Shown here piece by piece: positions 9,629 to 19,457 of a stretch of DNA of 32,000 bases. Both the position numbers and the translations under genes were made by a program. This stretch comes from an archaeon. Lineage in GTDB: Archaea; Asgardarchaeota; Thorarchaeia; Thorarchaeales; Thorarchaeaceae. The stretch spans positions 30,001 to 62,000 of the forward strand of contig JAJRZD010000019.1 in assembly GCA_024275415.1 (NCBI GenBank). Direction: 5' to 3'. Numbering within the stretch: the first letter of the stretch is position 1; each line of letters begins with the position of its first letter. The notes beneath the pieces are model-generated. The model made no database searches. It saw only the letters and a program-made list of their open reading frames with translations, and had not been told where the DNA came from.

Positions 9629-11071
9629 TCAATCATGTGCAGGACTGGCAGATGGTGCAATCGTGTCATTGTTCTGTGGGCCGTTCCCGAAAGGTCCTTT
9701 TGAGATCGCCCCTAGAATCACTACGTTCAGGACAATGATAGTCAAGAAGAGGATCGAGGGCGTCATGAATGTATATATTATCCCTGCTATGACTGGACCC
9801 ACAGAAGCCAAGACATATACAATGACCCAAAAGATGGAAAGAATCTTGGCTGTGTCCGTTTTTGGCAGTCGCTTTCGGATCAAGATGATTATGAGTCCCC
9901 ACCAGAGCGAATCGTTGACGTATTTCAAAACGATGCCAATGAACGGCGTTGAGAAAAGGACACTGAGCCCTGGTGCGATGTTGTCTATCGCCAGAATGGT
10001 TTCAGCCGGCATGACATACGGGATTATCGGGGCTATGAATAACAGTCCCGCGCTGATGGGCATTATGCAGTACACGGTGAATGCTGCACGTTTTACTCCT
10101 TTTCGGTCACTCGTCCTACCCATCTTCAATAGGAGAGGCACTGATATTAATAACTGAGTGACAAGCATCAGGTTGATGCCCGCGATGTCTATTGAGAGTT
10201 CCTCATAGGCATAGATAAGCGCGCTGAACTTGAAGAAAGAATCGCTCAACGAATCAAGGACTACGACCAGCACAAGGCCTGGAATCGATGCTAACAGTAA
10301 TCTTGCTGCCCTTACATTCTCTGAAAGGAACTCGGAGATTATAGTTTTCTCTCTCTTAACACATTTCACCTCTTGAGGTTCGAGTAAGATTGACCTGCCT
10401 ATCGAGGATATGATCAGGCACAACCCTGTGATGAAGTACATCACTCTAAACGCTTCGGGAAATCCCATGACTGGTTCCAACAAGCCAAATGCAATCAATC
10501 CCAGTATACTGAAGCCTCGACCTGCCGTAAAGAGCGAAATCGCGAATCCACTATGCTCCTGAGGTACATTTTCCATTATGAATGCGGATGACCCGCTCTT
10601 GAAAAGGTCGTGCACTGAATAGATCATCAGTGCAATGAATATGAGCACGAAGTCAACGAAGAGACCTACATAGATATAATATATACCAAGGACAAGCTGG
10701 GCTGCGACTGCGATTCTTTTTCTGTTAGATATGTCACCTATATACCCTCCAATCAATCTGCTAATACTGCTCATCGCACCTATTATAGACATCACGGCCC
10801 CGATGGTTAATATGCTCCAACCAAGAATTCTCAGGTAGAGGTTCAAATATGCAGCCAAATAGCTGAATGTGCTAAACACCCATGATGTTGCCAAAAAAAC
10901 AGTATAATTCTGGTTAGCAAAGATTGTTCTCAGAGACCTCACAAGTCCATCATCGCCCTCTTGCGAATTCTCTTCTTCGCATGTAGCCATCGTGGGCTCA
11001 TGGGTATCGGCCAACGCTACTCCTCGTTTTGGTTGTTTTTCTTCGTTTTGTATATTAAGGAGTTCTGTCAT
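9629..11071 (-). CDS. MFS transporter
   Basis: About 12 TM helices; motif-A-like GGYIGDISNRK and GRTSDRKG. The hydrophilic N-terminal 45 aa may lie upstream of the true start. Confidence 0.88.
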   Translation of the reverse strand: MTELLNIQNEEKQPKRGVALADTHEPTMATCEEENSQEGDDGLVRSLRTIFANQNYTVFLATSWVFSTFSYLAAYLNLYLRILGWSILTIGAVMSIIGAMSSISRLIGGYIGDISNRKRIAVAAQLVLGIYYIYVGLFVDFVLIFIALMIYSVHDLFKSGSSAFIMENVPQEHSGFAISLFTAGRGFSILGLIAFGLLEPVMGFPEAFRVMYFITGLCLIISSIGRSILLEPQEVKCVKREKTIISEFLSENVRAARLLLASIPGLVLVVVLDSLSDSFFKFSALIYAYEELSIDIAGINLMLVTQLLISVPLLLKMGRTSDRKGVKRAAFTVYCIMPISAGLLFIAPIIPYVMPAETILAIDNIAPGLSVLFSTPFIGIVLKYVNDSLWWGLIIILIRKRLPKTDTAKILSIFWVIVYVLASVGPVIAGIIYTFMTPSILFLTIIVLNVVILGAISKGPFGNGPQNNDTIAPSASPAHD

Positions 11072-11199
11072 ACTCGTACCTCTTCAATTAGTCTATCATA
11101 TACTAATTTGGAGGGGGAGGTATTTAGACTCATATCCGCATAAAATGACGATCTCATCTCGGGAAAGGAAATTCCCGAGATGTTATCATCTTCTACTGT

Positions 11200-11451
11200 T
11201 TAAACGTCAAAAACCAGCACACTAACGTCACCATCCGCCGTTGGAATGGCAAGCAGTTTGTGTGTGCAAATATCTGCTGACAGGACGATACATTCAGGCG
11301 GAGTTGCTGATTGCATGAGGTTTCGTACGGCGAGTTCGAGGTTCAGTGCTACAAGCCTGACCGTTTCGGGATCGTTATACGGGTCTACCTCACGTCCTGT
11401 TTCTGGGCCTATGACGTTTGCGAATGTTGTTTCTAGTCCACTTCTTATCAC
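11200..11451 (-). CDS. Small hypothetical protein (83 aa)
   Basis: GTG start 8 nt after a GGAGGT Shine-Dalgarno; protein-like sequence. Confidence 0.6.
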   Translation of the reverse strand: MIRSGLETTFANVIGPETGREVDPYNDPETVRLVALNLELAVRNLMQSATPPECIVLSADICTHKLLAIPTADGDVSVLVFDV

Positions 11452-11490
11452 TTACTTGTACCTCCATTGCGGCCGATGCCGCTGATCGTC

Positions 11491-11532
11491 TTAGAATGGT
11501 TCTGGGTCTGGTGAAATTGGGTCAACTTTCAT
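11491..11532 (-). CDS. Candidate 13-aa peptide MKVDPISPDPEPF
   Basis: ATG at 11532, TAA at 11491-11493, AAGGAG about 11 nt upstream; shares the C-terminal EPF with the next small ORF. Confidence 0.3.
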   Translation of the reverse strand: MKVDPISPDPEPF

Positions 11533-11653
11533 TTGCTTCTCTCTCCTTCAATGTATTGTTTTTCTCTCTTTTACTGACAGTTGGAATGCACATTGGGGCA
11601 GTTCCCTGAGGTTCATGTGCAAGCAGTCTACTAGTTTTGCTGTGATAGCATAA

Positions 11654-11776
11654 CTAGAACGGCTCATTGTCCTCACATGGGGGTTGAACCACGGAAGAAA
11701 TGTCATTGACGAGTCCAAATGATAGCAGTTCTAACGTAGCTCGGTCAAGAGCCATACTCTCTATCATAGCCCGCAT
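11654..11776 (-). CDS. Candidate 40-aa peptide MRAMIESMALDRATLELLSFGLVNDISSVVQPPCEDNEPF
   Basis: ATG at 11776 (in-frame GTG at 11800), TAG at 11654-11656. A perfect AGGAGGTGA lies upstream but 20 nt from the ATG, so the start is uncertain. Confidence 0.35.
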   Translation of the reverse strand: MRAMIESMALDRATLELLSFGLVNDISSVVQPPCEDNEPF

Positions 11777-12103
11777 TTGGTCAGTCCTGATTCTTTTCAC
11801 CTCCTATTGCATACCCTGTCAGTTGGTTTGGTAGCACAGGACGTTAACCTGGATAGCATCCAACCAGATACTGATCGATTGACATCACTCTCTCGAATTA
11901 TGTGTCCAGTCAACGAATTGTACTATCAATCCATTGTATGTTATTCTAAATCGTCCTTATATACGGAACCTTCACACAAAAGCATGAGCAGAATCGCTAC
12001 AAAACGAAAATTGCTTGATTCTGTGAATCTATTTTCATTAGTCCCTCTGGTCTTTGCACAAACTGTGTTATCTTCCTACTTTCTACCTAAACACTTGGTC
12101 ATA

Positions 12104-12111
12104 TTTATTAA
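12104..12111 (+). promoter_or_regulatory. Putative archaeal TATA box for a leaderless transcript
   Basis: TTTATTAA ends about 23 nt before the ATG at 12134. Confidence 0.45.
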
Positions 12112-12133
12112 GTTGAATTGTGATAGGATAGTC

Positions 12134-13201
12134 ATGTGCAGTTTGGGGAGTGGTGCATTAAAGCTGCTCGGAAGGCTTGCTATTAACCCGTCTCTTCGAC
12201 AGTCCCAACTAGCGCGAAACTTAGGTACGACTCGCTCAGCAGTGAACCAGCTATGGAAAAAGCTGGAAAAATACAACGCTCTCCGTATCGGTGGAATTCT
12301 TGATTATGGGAACATAGGAGTGCGGTTCATCTATGGATGGGCCAAAGACACAGCAAATCCTATCACCCTTCAGAAATTCACTCGGTGGCTCAAGAGCACC
12401 CCGTTCACAACCACCATATACGAGTCCCAAATCACCTCTGCAAATGATAGTCGTATCTTCTTTGAGGCGCTAGTGCCCGACGGAGAATATCTTAATGACT
12501 TCTTTCGAACGTTAAGGTCTTTTGAGAGAGCACCATACCACCTCAATGTATTTTTCCAACATGCTCTTGAAATTGGCGTTCATCTGAACCTAGGGCTTTA
12601 TGATGGAACGAAATGGCAATTCGATCCCGGCTTTAGATTGGAAGCATCTCTTGATGGTGCACTACCTTACGCTGAAATTCTCCCTGTTTCCAACGCGGTA
12701 TATCAAACTACTCCGAGGAAACCCGATCTCGAGTCATTAGTACTCGTTTCGTTGTTAGAACGAAACTATCGCGCCACATGGAAGAATGCAGTACAACAGT
12801 TCGAAACGTTTGGACTCGAGCATCCTTCAGCAAGAACACTTCGCAGACGACTGTGTGATTACCGAAAGAACATGGTCAGGCCTCTTTTACATATTGAGAA
12901 CATCGGTCTTTCGAAGACAATTGTAATTACACTTGAGGAAAAAAACACATCCAATCTACACAAAATTCTTCGGGCACAATCAATCCTGTTCCCTAAGGTA
13001 CGTACGTTCTCAGGATTGAATTCAATCGCGCTCATATTGGATATACCCGATGAATCTGATTGGCTGGTTATTTCAACAGCTATCTCCAACATTATAGGCT
13101 CTCCAACCAAGATGTGTACATTTATAGCAGAGAAATCACCCATTAGGATGCATCTAGAAGACATAGCGCTTTATATTATACAAAGGAGCAAGACGAAATA
13201 G
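12134..13201 (+). CDS. Winged-helix / Lrp-AsnC-like multi-domain transcriptional regulator
   Basis: HTH SLRQSQLARNLGTTRSAVNQLWKKL plus a second degenerate one (PSARTLRRRL). The start was moved from 11777 to the ATG at 12134 because of the TATA spacing and the HTH position. Confidence 0.75.
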   Translation: MCSLGSGALKLLGRLAINPSLRQSQLARNLGTTRSAVNQLWKKLEKYNALRIGGILDYGNIGVRFIYGWAKDTANPITLQKFTRWLKSTPFTTTIYESQITSANDSRIFFEALVPDGEYLNDFFRTLRSFERAPYHLNVFFQHALEIGVHLNLGLYDGTKWQFDPGFRLEASLDGALPYAEILPVSNAVYQTTPRKPDLESLVLVSLLERNYRATWKNAVQQFETFGLEHPSARTLRRRLCDYRKNMVRPLLHIENIGLSKTIVITLEEKNTSNLHKILRAQSILFPKVRTFSGLNSIALILDIPDESDWLVISTAISNIIGSPTKMCTFIAEKSPIRMHLEDIALYIIQRSKTK

Positions 13202-13215
13202 TATGCGGTCTAAGA

Positions 13216-14685
13216 ATGAAAGATCAGAAAGGAATATCTGTGGAGGGACTAGGAGATGGTGACTTGAACCCATCTTCAGTCCTATCACAAATAAGAACCC
13301 CCTATGATGACCTTCTACCGGAGGTTGACGACCCCTCCGCTCAATTCTATTTGGATGCTATGAGGATATATCTTGGTCTAAGCACAGGTACCCTTTCTTT
13401 TGAAGATGCTCTTGGTGCAACTGATATACTGAAGCAAAACCCAGAATTCAATCGTTCGCCTTCTAATCCAATCCAAATTCCAATCAACAAACATTATGAA
13501 TCCAGAATTCTCGAAAATCTTAGAACACTCTCAAAATTCAATCTTGTAAATAGGGATTCAATAAAATCGGCCTATTCATTTGCATTTTCATTTCCAGATG
13601 CGCCAATAAATCAACAGGATTTAGATACATTGAAGATACTATCGGACAATCCGCGGATTTCCATTTCATCTTTAGCCAAAACTCTTGGACTATCGTCAAG
13701 AACTATTTCAAAATCATTGGAACGATTGAGATTACGACATGACATCCGCTATGTGGCACTCCTTGATGAAACGATTTGGAATCTTCAGCGTGTTCTCATC
13801 TTCTTCACTATCAAAGATGGAGTTGATTGGCTCTCTATCGAGAATCAATTATCGACCTTTCCATTTTTAAAGACGATTCTGAAAACATCAATGTCCGATC
13901 TTGGATATATGTCCGTGATTGTTCCGGGCGGAACGAAGAATATTGATGTTTTTCTGCACAGCGTAAGAAACCTTTCCTCAAGTATCTTTGAGTATATATC
14001 TGTACATCGTGATATCGCAAGTGGCGCAGAATGTAATTTATCACTTTTACAGGGGGACAAGTGGCTCTTTCCTGAAGATGTGAAAATAGCACTTGATTCT
14101 GCACAGAACTTCTCAATCAGAGAATCTCCTCGTCTTGTATACTCTCATGGACGAGATTCGAACTTCACACAACTAGATTATGAAATTGCCTCCACAGTCA
14201 AGCTTTCATCTCGCGCATCCACTCGCGACTTGGTAACATCGCTTGCAAGGCGTGGCATATCTGTTTCTCCTAAGCGATTGGCCGCGTCATTACGTACTCT
14301 CTATAATCGGTCAATTCTGTTGCCCTACACAGTTTTCAAGCTAGGACTCGCATCAAGTTTGTGCTTTGAAATCATATGTGATGATACTTGGAAGCATAGA
14401 ATTCTAGGAGTAACAACAATGCTCCCCAAAACTGTATTCCTTTTATCTGCTCGCGGAATCATCCTCTGGGTACTTGCACCTAGTTATCATCAAGTGGAAT
14501 ACTATAGGATGTTCAGAGCACTCGAACAGCAAAGGGGTGTGGACTCGGTACAATTGATAATGACCATCAATCAGAAAGGCTCAAAGTCGATACTCGATAT
14601 AACTGAGAACCTGCCTTTTGGAAAAAAAGGGTTCTCAGCTCCCTCTTCTGCATTAGACCTGGGCGCTTACATCACTGATTTCTAG
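13216..14685 (+). CDS. Tandem Lrp/AsnC-like winged-helix regulator with an extra N-terminal domain
   Basis: HTH1 NPRISISSLAKTLGLSSRTISKSLERL and HTH2 SSRASTRDL...SPKRLAASLRTL, each followed by a RAM-like region; 14 nt after the previous gene. Confidence 0.8.
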   Translation: MKDQKGISVEGLGDGDLNPSSVLSQIRTPYDDLLPEVDDPSAQFYLDAMRIYLGLSTGTLSFEDALGATDILKQNPEFNRSPSNPIQIPINKHYESRILENLRTLSKFNLVNRDSIKSAYSFAFSFPDAPINQQDLDTLKILSDNPRISISSLAKTLGLSSRTISKSLERLRLRHDIRYVALLDETIWNLQRVLIFFTIKDGVDWLSIENQLSTFPFLKTILKTSMSDLGYMSVIVPGGTKNIDVFLHSVRNLSSSIFEYISVHRDIASGAECNLSLLQGDKWLFPEDVKIALDSAQNFSIRESPRLVYSHGRDSNFTQLDYEIASTVKLSSRASTRDLVTSLARRGISVSPKRLAASLRTLYNRSILLPYTVFKLGLASSLCFEIICDDTWKHRILGVTTMLPKTVFLLSARGIILWVLAPSYHQVEYYRMFRALEQQRGVDSVQLIMTINQKGSKSILDITENLPFGKKGFSAPSSALDLGAYITDF

Positions 14686-15601
14686 CCTTTTTTGATTTTT
14701 TAAACGCCGCCATAAGATTCTCAAGCGAGTTTTCAAACTGGCTTATTGGCGGGCCAAATACGATTTCATCAATGCCAATCTTATCAAGATTATTCGCGTA
14801 CTCTATCACTCCTTCTGCCGTAGTGAAAACCCCCCATCTTAATAGACTACATGTGCCAAAAGCCTGTATGACTGCAGAGTTGAGTTTTCCCTTTCTATTA
14901 TATGCACCTCGTGCCTCACTTATACCCCATAATGCCATATCCTTGATTATCTTGGATGGTGCACCCAACGCAACAATTGCTGCCGCATAAAGGAATTCAT
15001 TTGGGGGTTCATCGGCTAACTCAGACACGATGTATGATGGAAAGAATACTCCTGTCTGGTGCGTTCCATCTCGTTCTCTAATCTGCTTTAATGCCCACTC
15101 TATCATCATCGGGTCTGAATAATTAAGAAGCACACCGTGAGCTTCCCGGGATGCATCGATCATCCTCGGCCCCTGTGCTCCTAACCATACGTGTCCTTCA
15201 ATCCCCTTCTCTTGCAGCAAGTTTCTTACCCTGACTGTCGTCCCGAGGGTTGTTTCTACAACCTCTTTAGGAATCCATGTTTCTTGTCCGATCGAGCGCA
15301 ATGCAGATTGATCCCCTGGCCCTATTAGTACATCGAACCTGTTTCCATGATAGTCTGACAGAGTTTCGATGAATCCGCCAATAGTTTCTGCATCGTAAAG
15401 GATTGCGGAAAGAAGTCCAATCCCGATTTTCGCTTCAGTACAAGATGCGACCACATCTGCGACTGCTGGGGCAAACCTAGGAGATGGGAAGTCTACCACC
15501 CACAGTCGATCAATTCCTACGGCATCAAGTTTCTTCGCGATTCGAATGGTATCATCAAGTTTCTCATGGACATTGATTGCTACTCCCCACCTAATGATCA
15601 T
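14672..15601 (-). CDS. LLM-class flavin/F420-dependent oxidoreductase (divergent paralog)
   Basis: GIDRLWVVD, GNRFDVLIGPGD, VWLGAQGPRMI, GIDEIVFGPP. Confidence 0.85.
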   Translation of the reverse strand: MIIRWGVAINVHEKLDDTIRIAKKLDAVGIDRLWVVDFPSPRFAPAVADVVASCTEAKIGIGLLSAILYDAETIGGFIETLSDYHGNRFDVLIGPGDQSALRSIGQETWIPKEVVETTLGTTVRVRNLLQEKGIEGHVWLGAQGPRMIDASREAHGVLLNYSDPMMIEWALKQIRERDGTHQTGVFFPSYIVSELADEPPNEFLYAAAIVALGAPSKIIKDMALWGISEARGAYNRKGKLNSAVIQAFGTCSLLRWGVFTTAEGVIEYANNLDKIGIDEIVFGPPISQFENSLENLMAAFKKSKKARNQ

Positions 15602-16614
15602 TCCCTCCTCAAACGTATCTCTTTAAAAATATCTTGCACTGCCCCCCTCCAATCTCCTGTGAATGGCGGACCAAGCACCACTTCGGTGATTCCCAATGCA
15701 GCCACTTTCTCGAACATATCCACCATATGTAGCAGGTCTCCTGTAATGGCGAACATGTCCATCATCTCATCATTGACGAACGGCACTCCTGCATCGGGTC
15801 CCTTTCTAGCCACGGCGTCCCTCAATCTGTGAATTCGACCTTCATCCACACTCAACATCCCCAGTATCTTCTCAGGCATATCAGCAACAACGATTGCGAC
15901 AACTCTCTTTGCAAGGCTCTCTTTTCCCCCTTTGAAAGTTGGAATTGTCGGAAGCCATGCAATCTTTTCGATGTCCTCTGGATCTCTTCCAGCAATGCGT
16001 GCTGACGAATCAATCTCATTGGTAGCGTACTTGAGATAGTCCAGAGGGCCAGACAAGATAGCCCCGTCTGCGATTTGTCCTACCAATCGAAGCATCTGTG
16101 GGCCTCGTACCCCAAGGAATACCGGAATATCTTTTACAGCATCGATGTGCAGTCCAAATCCGTTCAGTTTGAACACTTCACATTCTGCAGAAACCGTTTT
16201 TCCTTTCCAGATATTCCTGAGTGCCAGGACAGTTTCTCTGAGTGCCGTCACTGGCCTTTTGATTGCGATACCTAGCCTTTGCAAGTCCTGAATCCCCCCA
16301 ATCCCAGTCCCGAATACGAATCGCCCCCTACCGATATCGCACAGGCTTAAGGCTGCCCGTGCAAGTGTTGCAATATTGTGTGTGCTCACAGGGACTATGG
16401 CCGTTCCCACCCGACACCGTTCGGTCATGCGTAAAGTTGATGCAGAAAGAATGAACACATCCTGTCCAATCCCAATATCCTCGCCAATCCATATCGAATG
16501 GGCTCCTAACGCATCAGCATTCTCGGCAATCCATTTTGTCGCCTTGACTTTCATATGAGTCGTGATTCCGATACTTGCATGATACACTATTGATCCCCAG
16601 TCGTTGTGCGTCAT
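15598..16614 (-). CDS. Mer-like (methylene-H4MPT reductase-like) LLM oxidoreductase
   Basis: GAHSIWIGED, VGTAIV, GRFVFGTGIG, IPVFLGVRGPQMLRLVGQIADGAIL, GITEVVLGPP; 4-nt overlap with the downstream paralog. Confidence 0.88.
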   Translation of the reverse strand: MTHNDWGSIVYHASIGITTHMKVKATKWIAENADALGAHSIWIGEDIGIGQDVFILSASTLRMTERCRVGTAIVPVSTHNIATLARAALSLCDIGRGRFVFGTGIGGIQDLQRLGIAIKRPVTALRETVLALRNIWKGKTVSAECEVFKLNGFGLHIDAVKDIPVFLGVRGPQMLRLVGQIADGAILSGPLDYLKYATNEIDSSARIAGRDPEDIEKIAWLPTIPTFKGGKESLAKRVVAIVVADMPEKILGMLSVDEGRIHRLRDAVARKGPDAGVPFVNDEMMDMFAITGDLLHMVDMFEKVAALGITEVVLGPPFTGDWRGAVQDIFKEIRLRRE

Positions 16615-16696
16615 TATGACTAAAGAATGATTTCAAATGTAACTCGATAGATGCTTAGGTATTTGAGAGAGGATTCCCTCTATAGAATGACCAACA

Positions 16697-17248
16697 TTGA
16701 AACGCATACTTTGGGGCATCACGGGGTCTGGTGACAAGATTGGAGATATCATTGAGATAATGAAACGAGTGGATGCACTTCCTGAAACAAAGATGTCTGT
16801 TATAGTTTCCAAGGCTGGTGAGCAGATGCTCAGGCGCTATGGTCTGTGGGATTCTCTAAGGTTAGCGTTTAAGAAGGTCAAGACCGAGGTCAATGCTAAC
16901 GTTCCCTTTGTGGCGGGCCCATTGCAAGTTGGACATTATGACCTCTTCGTTGTGGCACCATTGACCGCCAATTCTACTGCAAAGATCGCCCACGGTATTG
17001 CCGACACCCTGATTACAAACGCTGTCGCGCAGACATTGAAGGGAGAAACCCCTGTCATCCTATTTCCCGTGGATCAGATCGCAGCAGTACTGGAAACTAT
17101 AGCCCCGGATGGCGTCGCGTACACGATTCGAACTAGGGAGGTCGATGTCCAGAACGCGATGACGCTGAAGAAGATGAGGGGCGTGACTGTCGTTTCATCT
17201 CCCGAGGAGATACTTGTGATTACTATCGATTTTCTTCGTGACGAATGA
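16697..17248 (+). CDS. Archaeal flavoprotein (AfpA/DmrX-like, HFCD superfamily)
   Basis: RILWGITGSGD and YDLFVVAPLTANSTAKIAHGIADTLITNAVAQ. Confidence 0.8.
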   Translation: MKRILWGITGSGDKIGDIIEIMKRVDALPETKMSVIVSKAGEQMLRRYGLWDSLRLAFKKVKTEVNANVPFVAGPLQVGHYDLFVVAPLTANSTAKIAHGIADTLITNAVAQTLKGETPVILFPVDQIAAVLETIAPDGVAYTIRTREVDVQNAMTLKKMRGVTVVSSPEEILVITIDFLRDE

Positions 17249-17319
17249 TTGGCGCATAGAACCAATCTTAAGTGAGATGGAGGGACAAACCGCAACGCTT
17301 TGACTCAGAGGGAGCAACG

Positions 17320-18621
17320 ATGGGAACTGATGTACCTTGGTCGGAACTTCCTGACGGCTTTGAGTTCGGAATTGTCGAAACTGATGAAGAACTCGATGAG
17401 TTAGTCAGATTCAATAACGAAATTCACGGCCCTGAAGCAGGAGGGATGCTTCGACGACTCGTCAATCACCTGCCTGATTTCAATCGGCAAATGAACTATT
17501 TCATTCGGGATGTGGAATCTGGAAAGACAATCTCAGCTATCAGTGCCATCCCAAGTGTCTGGTCATACGGTGGGATTCCCTTACGGAACTTGGAGCTCGG
17601 ATTCGTTGGCACTCGTGAGTCATACCGAACTAGGGGAATGTTCGCATTCCTTTACAGGTTCTTCGAACATCAGCTGGAAACAGGCTACTATGATATTGCT
17701 ACGATTCAAGGTATCCCTTATTTCTATAGAAAATATGGCTACGAATTCATCTTGCCACTCGGGCGGTTCATAACAATACTCCCTTCTGCAATTCCTCACA
17801 TCTCCACTGAGGATGTACCGCCCTATATGGGAATCCGGGTTCGTCCTGCATCATCTGCGGACATCTCTGCTTTGATGGGACTATTTTCCGAGATGCAGTC
17901 ACGGCTCCTGATTACATCAGCGCGCGATGTGCGACTTTGGCAAGCACAGGAACTGACTAGGATGCATGAGGACAGACTAGTAGAAACTTTCGTCCTAGAA
18001 AGAAATGACGTGATTGATGGCTATTTCCGTATCAATGAAGCCAAGGATTCTGATGCTGAATCCGTACAATCAATCAGAGTGAGTGAATCAAGCATCAAGT
18101 CTTACGATTCTGTCATGCGAACACTTCAATTCCTCAAGAGTAGAGCCACGGATTCCAATGCTTCTGCTATCGAAATCGCTGGTGATACGACATCGAACCT
18201 TGGAAAGATAGCGATGGATTATGGTGGACTTGTGAACCGAGGCTGGAAATATCAGGTGAAGATTCCGAACGTGGTGAGCTTTATCCAGAAGATATGCCCC
18301 GTCCTGGACAAGCGATTGAAGGCATCAATGTTCAGCGAACTAACACGAGATGTTTTCATCAATACCTACAACAACTGCTACCAGATCAGTATTGAAAAGG
18401 GGAACGTGAAACACATAGCCGACATCGGGATGCAGCCGGTAGACGCATATACGAACATAAGAATCCCGCCACAGGCATTCCTCCATTTGCTCCTTGGGGA
18501 TGCCTCGATAGAAGAACTTCATGACCGACAGATGGATTTTCTAATCCGGCCGGGAGAAAAGACTCTGCTTGAGATACTATTCCCCAAGATGGCGAGCTAC
18601 ATATCCTACTACCATGTCTAA
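17320..18621 (+). CDS. Eis-like GNAT acetyltransferase with a C-terminal SCP2-like domain
   Basis: VGTRESYRTRGM acetyl-CoA loop, FYRKYGY, C-terminal IPPQAFLHLLLG...LEILFP; ATG at 17320 follows GAGGGAG. Confidence 0.8.
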   Translation: MGTDVPWSELPDGFEFGIVETDEELDELVRFNNEIHGPEAGGMLRRLVNHLPDFNRQMNYFIRDVESGKTISAISAIPSVWSYGGIPLRNLELGFVGTRESYRTRGMFAFLYRFFEHQLETGYYDIATIQGIPYFYRKYGYEFILPLGRFITILPSAIPHISTEDVPPYMGIRVRPASSADISALMGLFSEMQSRLLITSARDVRLWQAQELTRMHEDRLVETFVLERNDVIDGYFRINEAKDSDAESVQSIRVSESSIKSYDSVMRTLQFLKSRATDSNASAIEIAGDTTSNLGKIAMDYGGLVNRGWKYQVKIPNVVSFIQKICPVLDKRLKASMFSELTRDVFINTYNNCYQISIEKGNVKHIADIGMQPVDAYTNIRIPPQAFLHLLLGDASIEELHDRQMDFLIRPGEKTLLEILFPKMASYISYYHV

Positions 18622-18658
18622 GGGGCTTTCCCTCTCGCTAGGCGGGTTCTTTTCCTTC

Positions 18659-19033
18659 TCAATCCAAGTCCGGGATATTGATTTCCACTGCAAAATCGGC
18701 TCCGCATGGGCATCTTGCATTGATGGGGTATTTGTCCGGCGTATCAATGGAGATAGAGGCGCCTTGAAGTGCAGCCTTGTCAATCATAGTTTGCATGTTG
18801 TGAACCATGTACTTGGCAAACCCGACGACCACATCGGGAATCTAGATATCGTTTATCCAGAATACATAATGACTACATTCAGGATTCGGACATGATGACA
18901 GTAGTACTTTTGTCCCGTCACCACACGACCCACATTTCAGATCTGTATGGTGGTAGTCAGGGGCATCCGGTGCTGGGAGAGAAAGTCGATTCTCTGCCCC
19001 GCATCGATAGCAGTAATAAACGAACTCAACCAT
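18659..19033 (-). CDS. Cys-rich (double zinc-finger-like) 124-codon protein with an in-frame TAG at codon 64
   Basis: CYRC, CGSC and CPNPEC precede the TAG at 18842-18844. The frame stays open for 60 more codons (IPDVVVGFAKYM...RCPCGADFAVEINIPDLD) to the TGA at 18659-18661. Confidence 0.7.
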
Positions 19034-19163
19034 AACAATTGCTTCCTCGAATATAGTAACCGACAGCTGTCAGTCTTGGAGTATTTTATGGACTTCAAGA
19101 GATAATAGGTGTTGTGTGGATGTTTGATAGTACATTGAGTCCACAACAAGTTAGCATTGAAAG

Positions 19164-19418
19164 TTGTCGCAAATCCTTGTGGTGCTAATAAGGCGCCGTA
19201 CAATGAATCATTTGTGGAGTGGCTCGTCATTGCAAGTGTCTTCGAAAATCACCAATCTCTACTCACTGCTTCTGGTATTTCTGTCGGAGAATTACAAGAA
19301 TCATAGTGGACCGTGTGATGAGTGCGGGACAAACACGCCCAGCTACGGTATGACATTTCGTATTGGAAGTAGGTGGGTATGTGTGGACTGCATTGTTCTT
19401 CGGATGGAGAGTCAGTAG
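19164..19418 (+). CDS. Small zinc-ribbon protein (start uncertain)
   Basis: C-terminal CDEC...CVDC pair; the N-terminal part is not convincing. Confidence 0.45.
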   Translation: MSQILVVLIRRRTMNHLWSGSSLQVSSKITNLYSLLLVFLSENYKNHSGPCDECGTNTPSYGMTFRIGSRWVCVDCIVLRMESQ

Positions 19419-19457
19419 CCGAAAGCCCAACAATGAAAAGGGAATCTCCTGTTCATC

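Noticed and set aside
11491-11616. TGA read-through (selenocysteine) joining MNLRELPQC...TIH to the MKVDP...EPF peptide
   Set aside because: No recognisable SECIS, no redox motif context, and the upstream part has no ribosome-binding site.
11777-12133. 119-aa N-terminal extension of the first regulator in the ORF track
   Set aside because: Not domain-like, overlaps divergent promoter-like AT tracts, and a TATA box is correctly spaced for the ATG at 12134.
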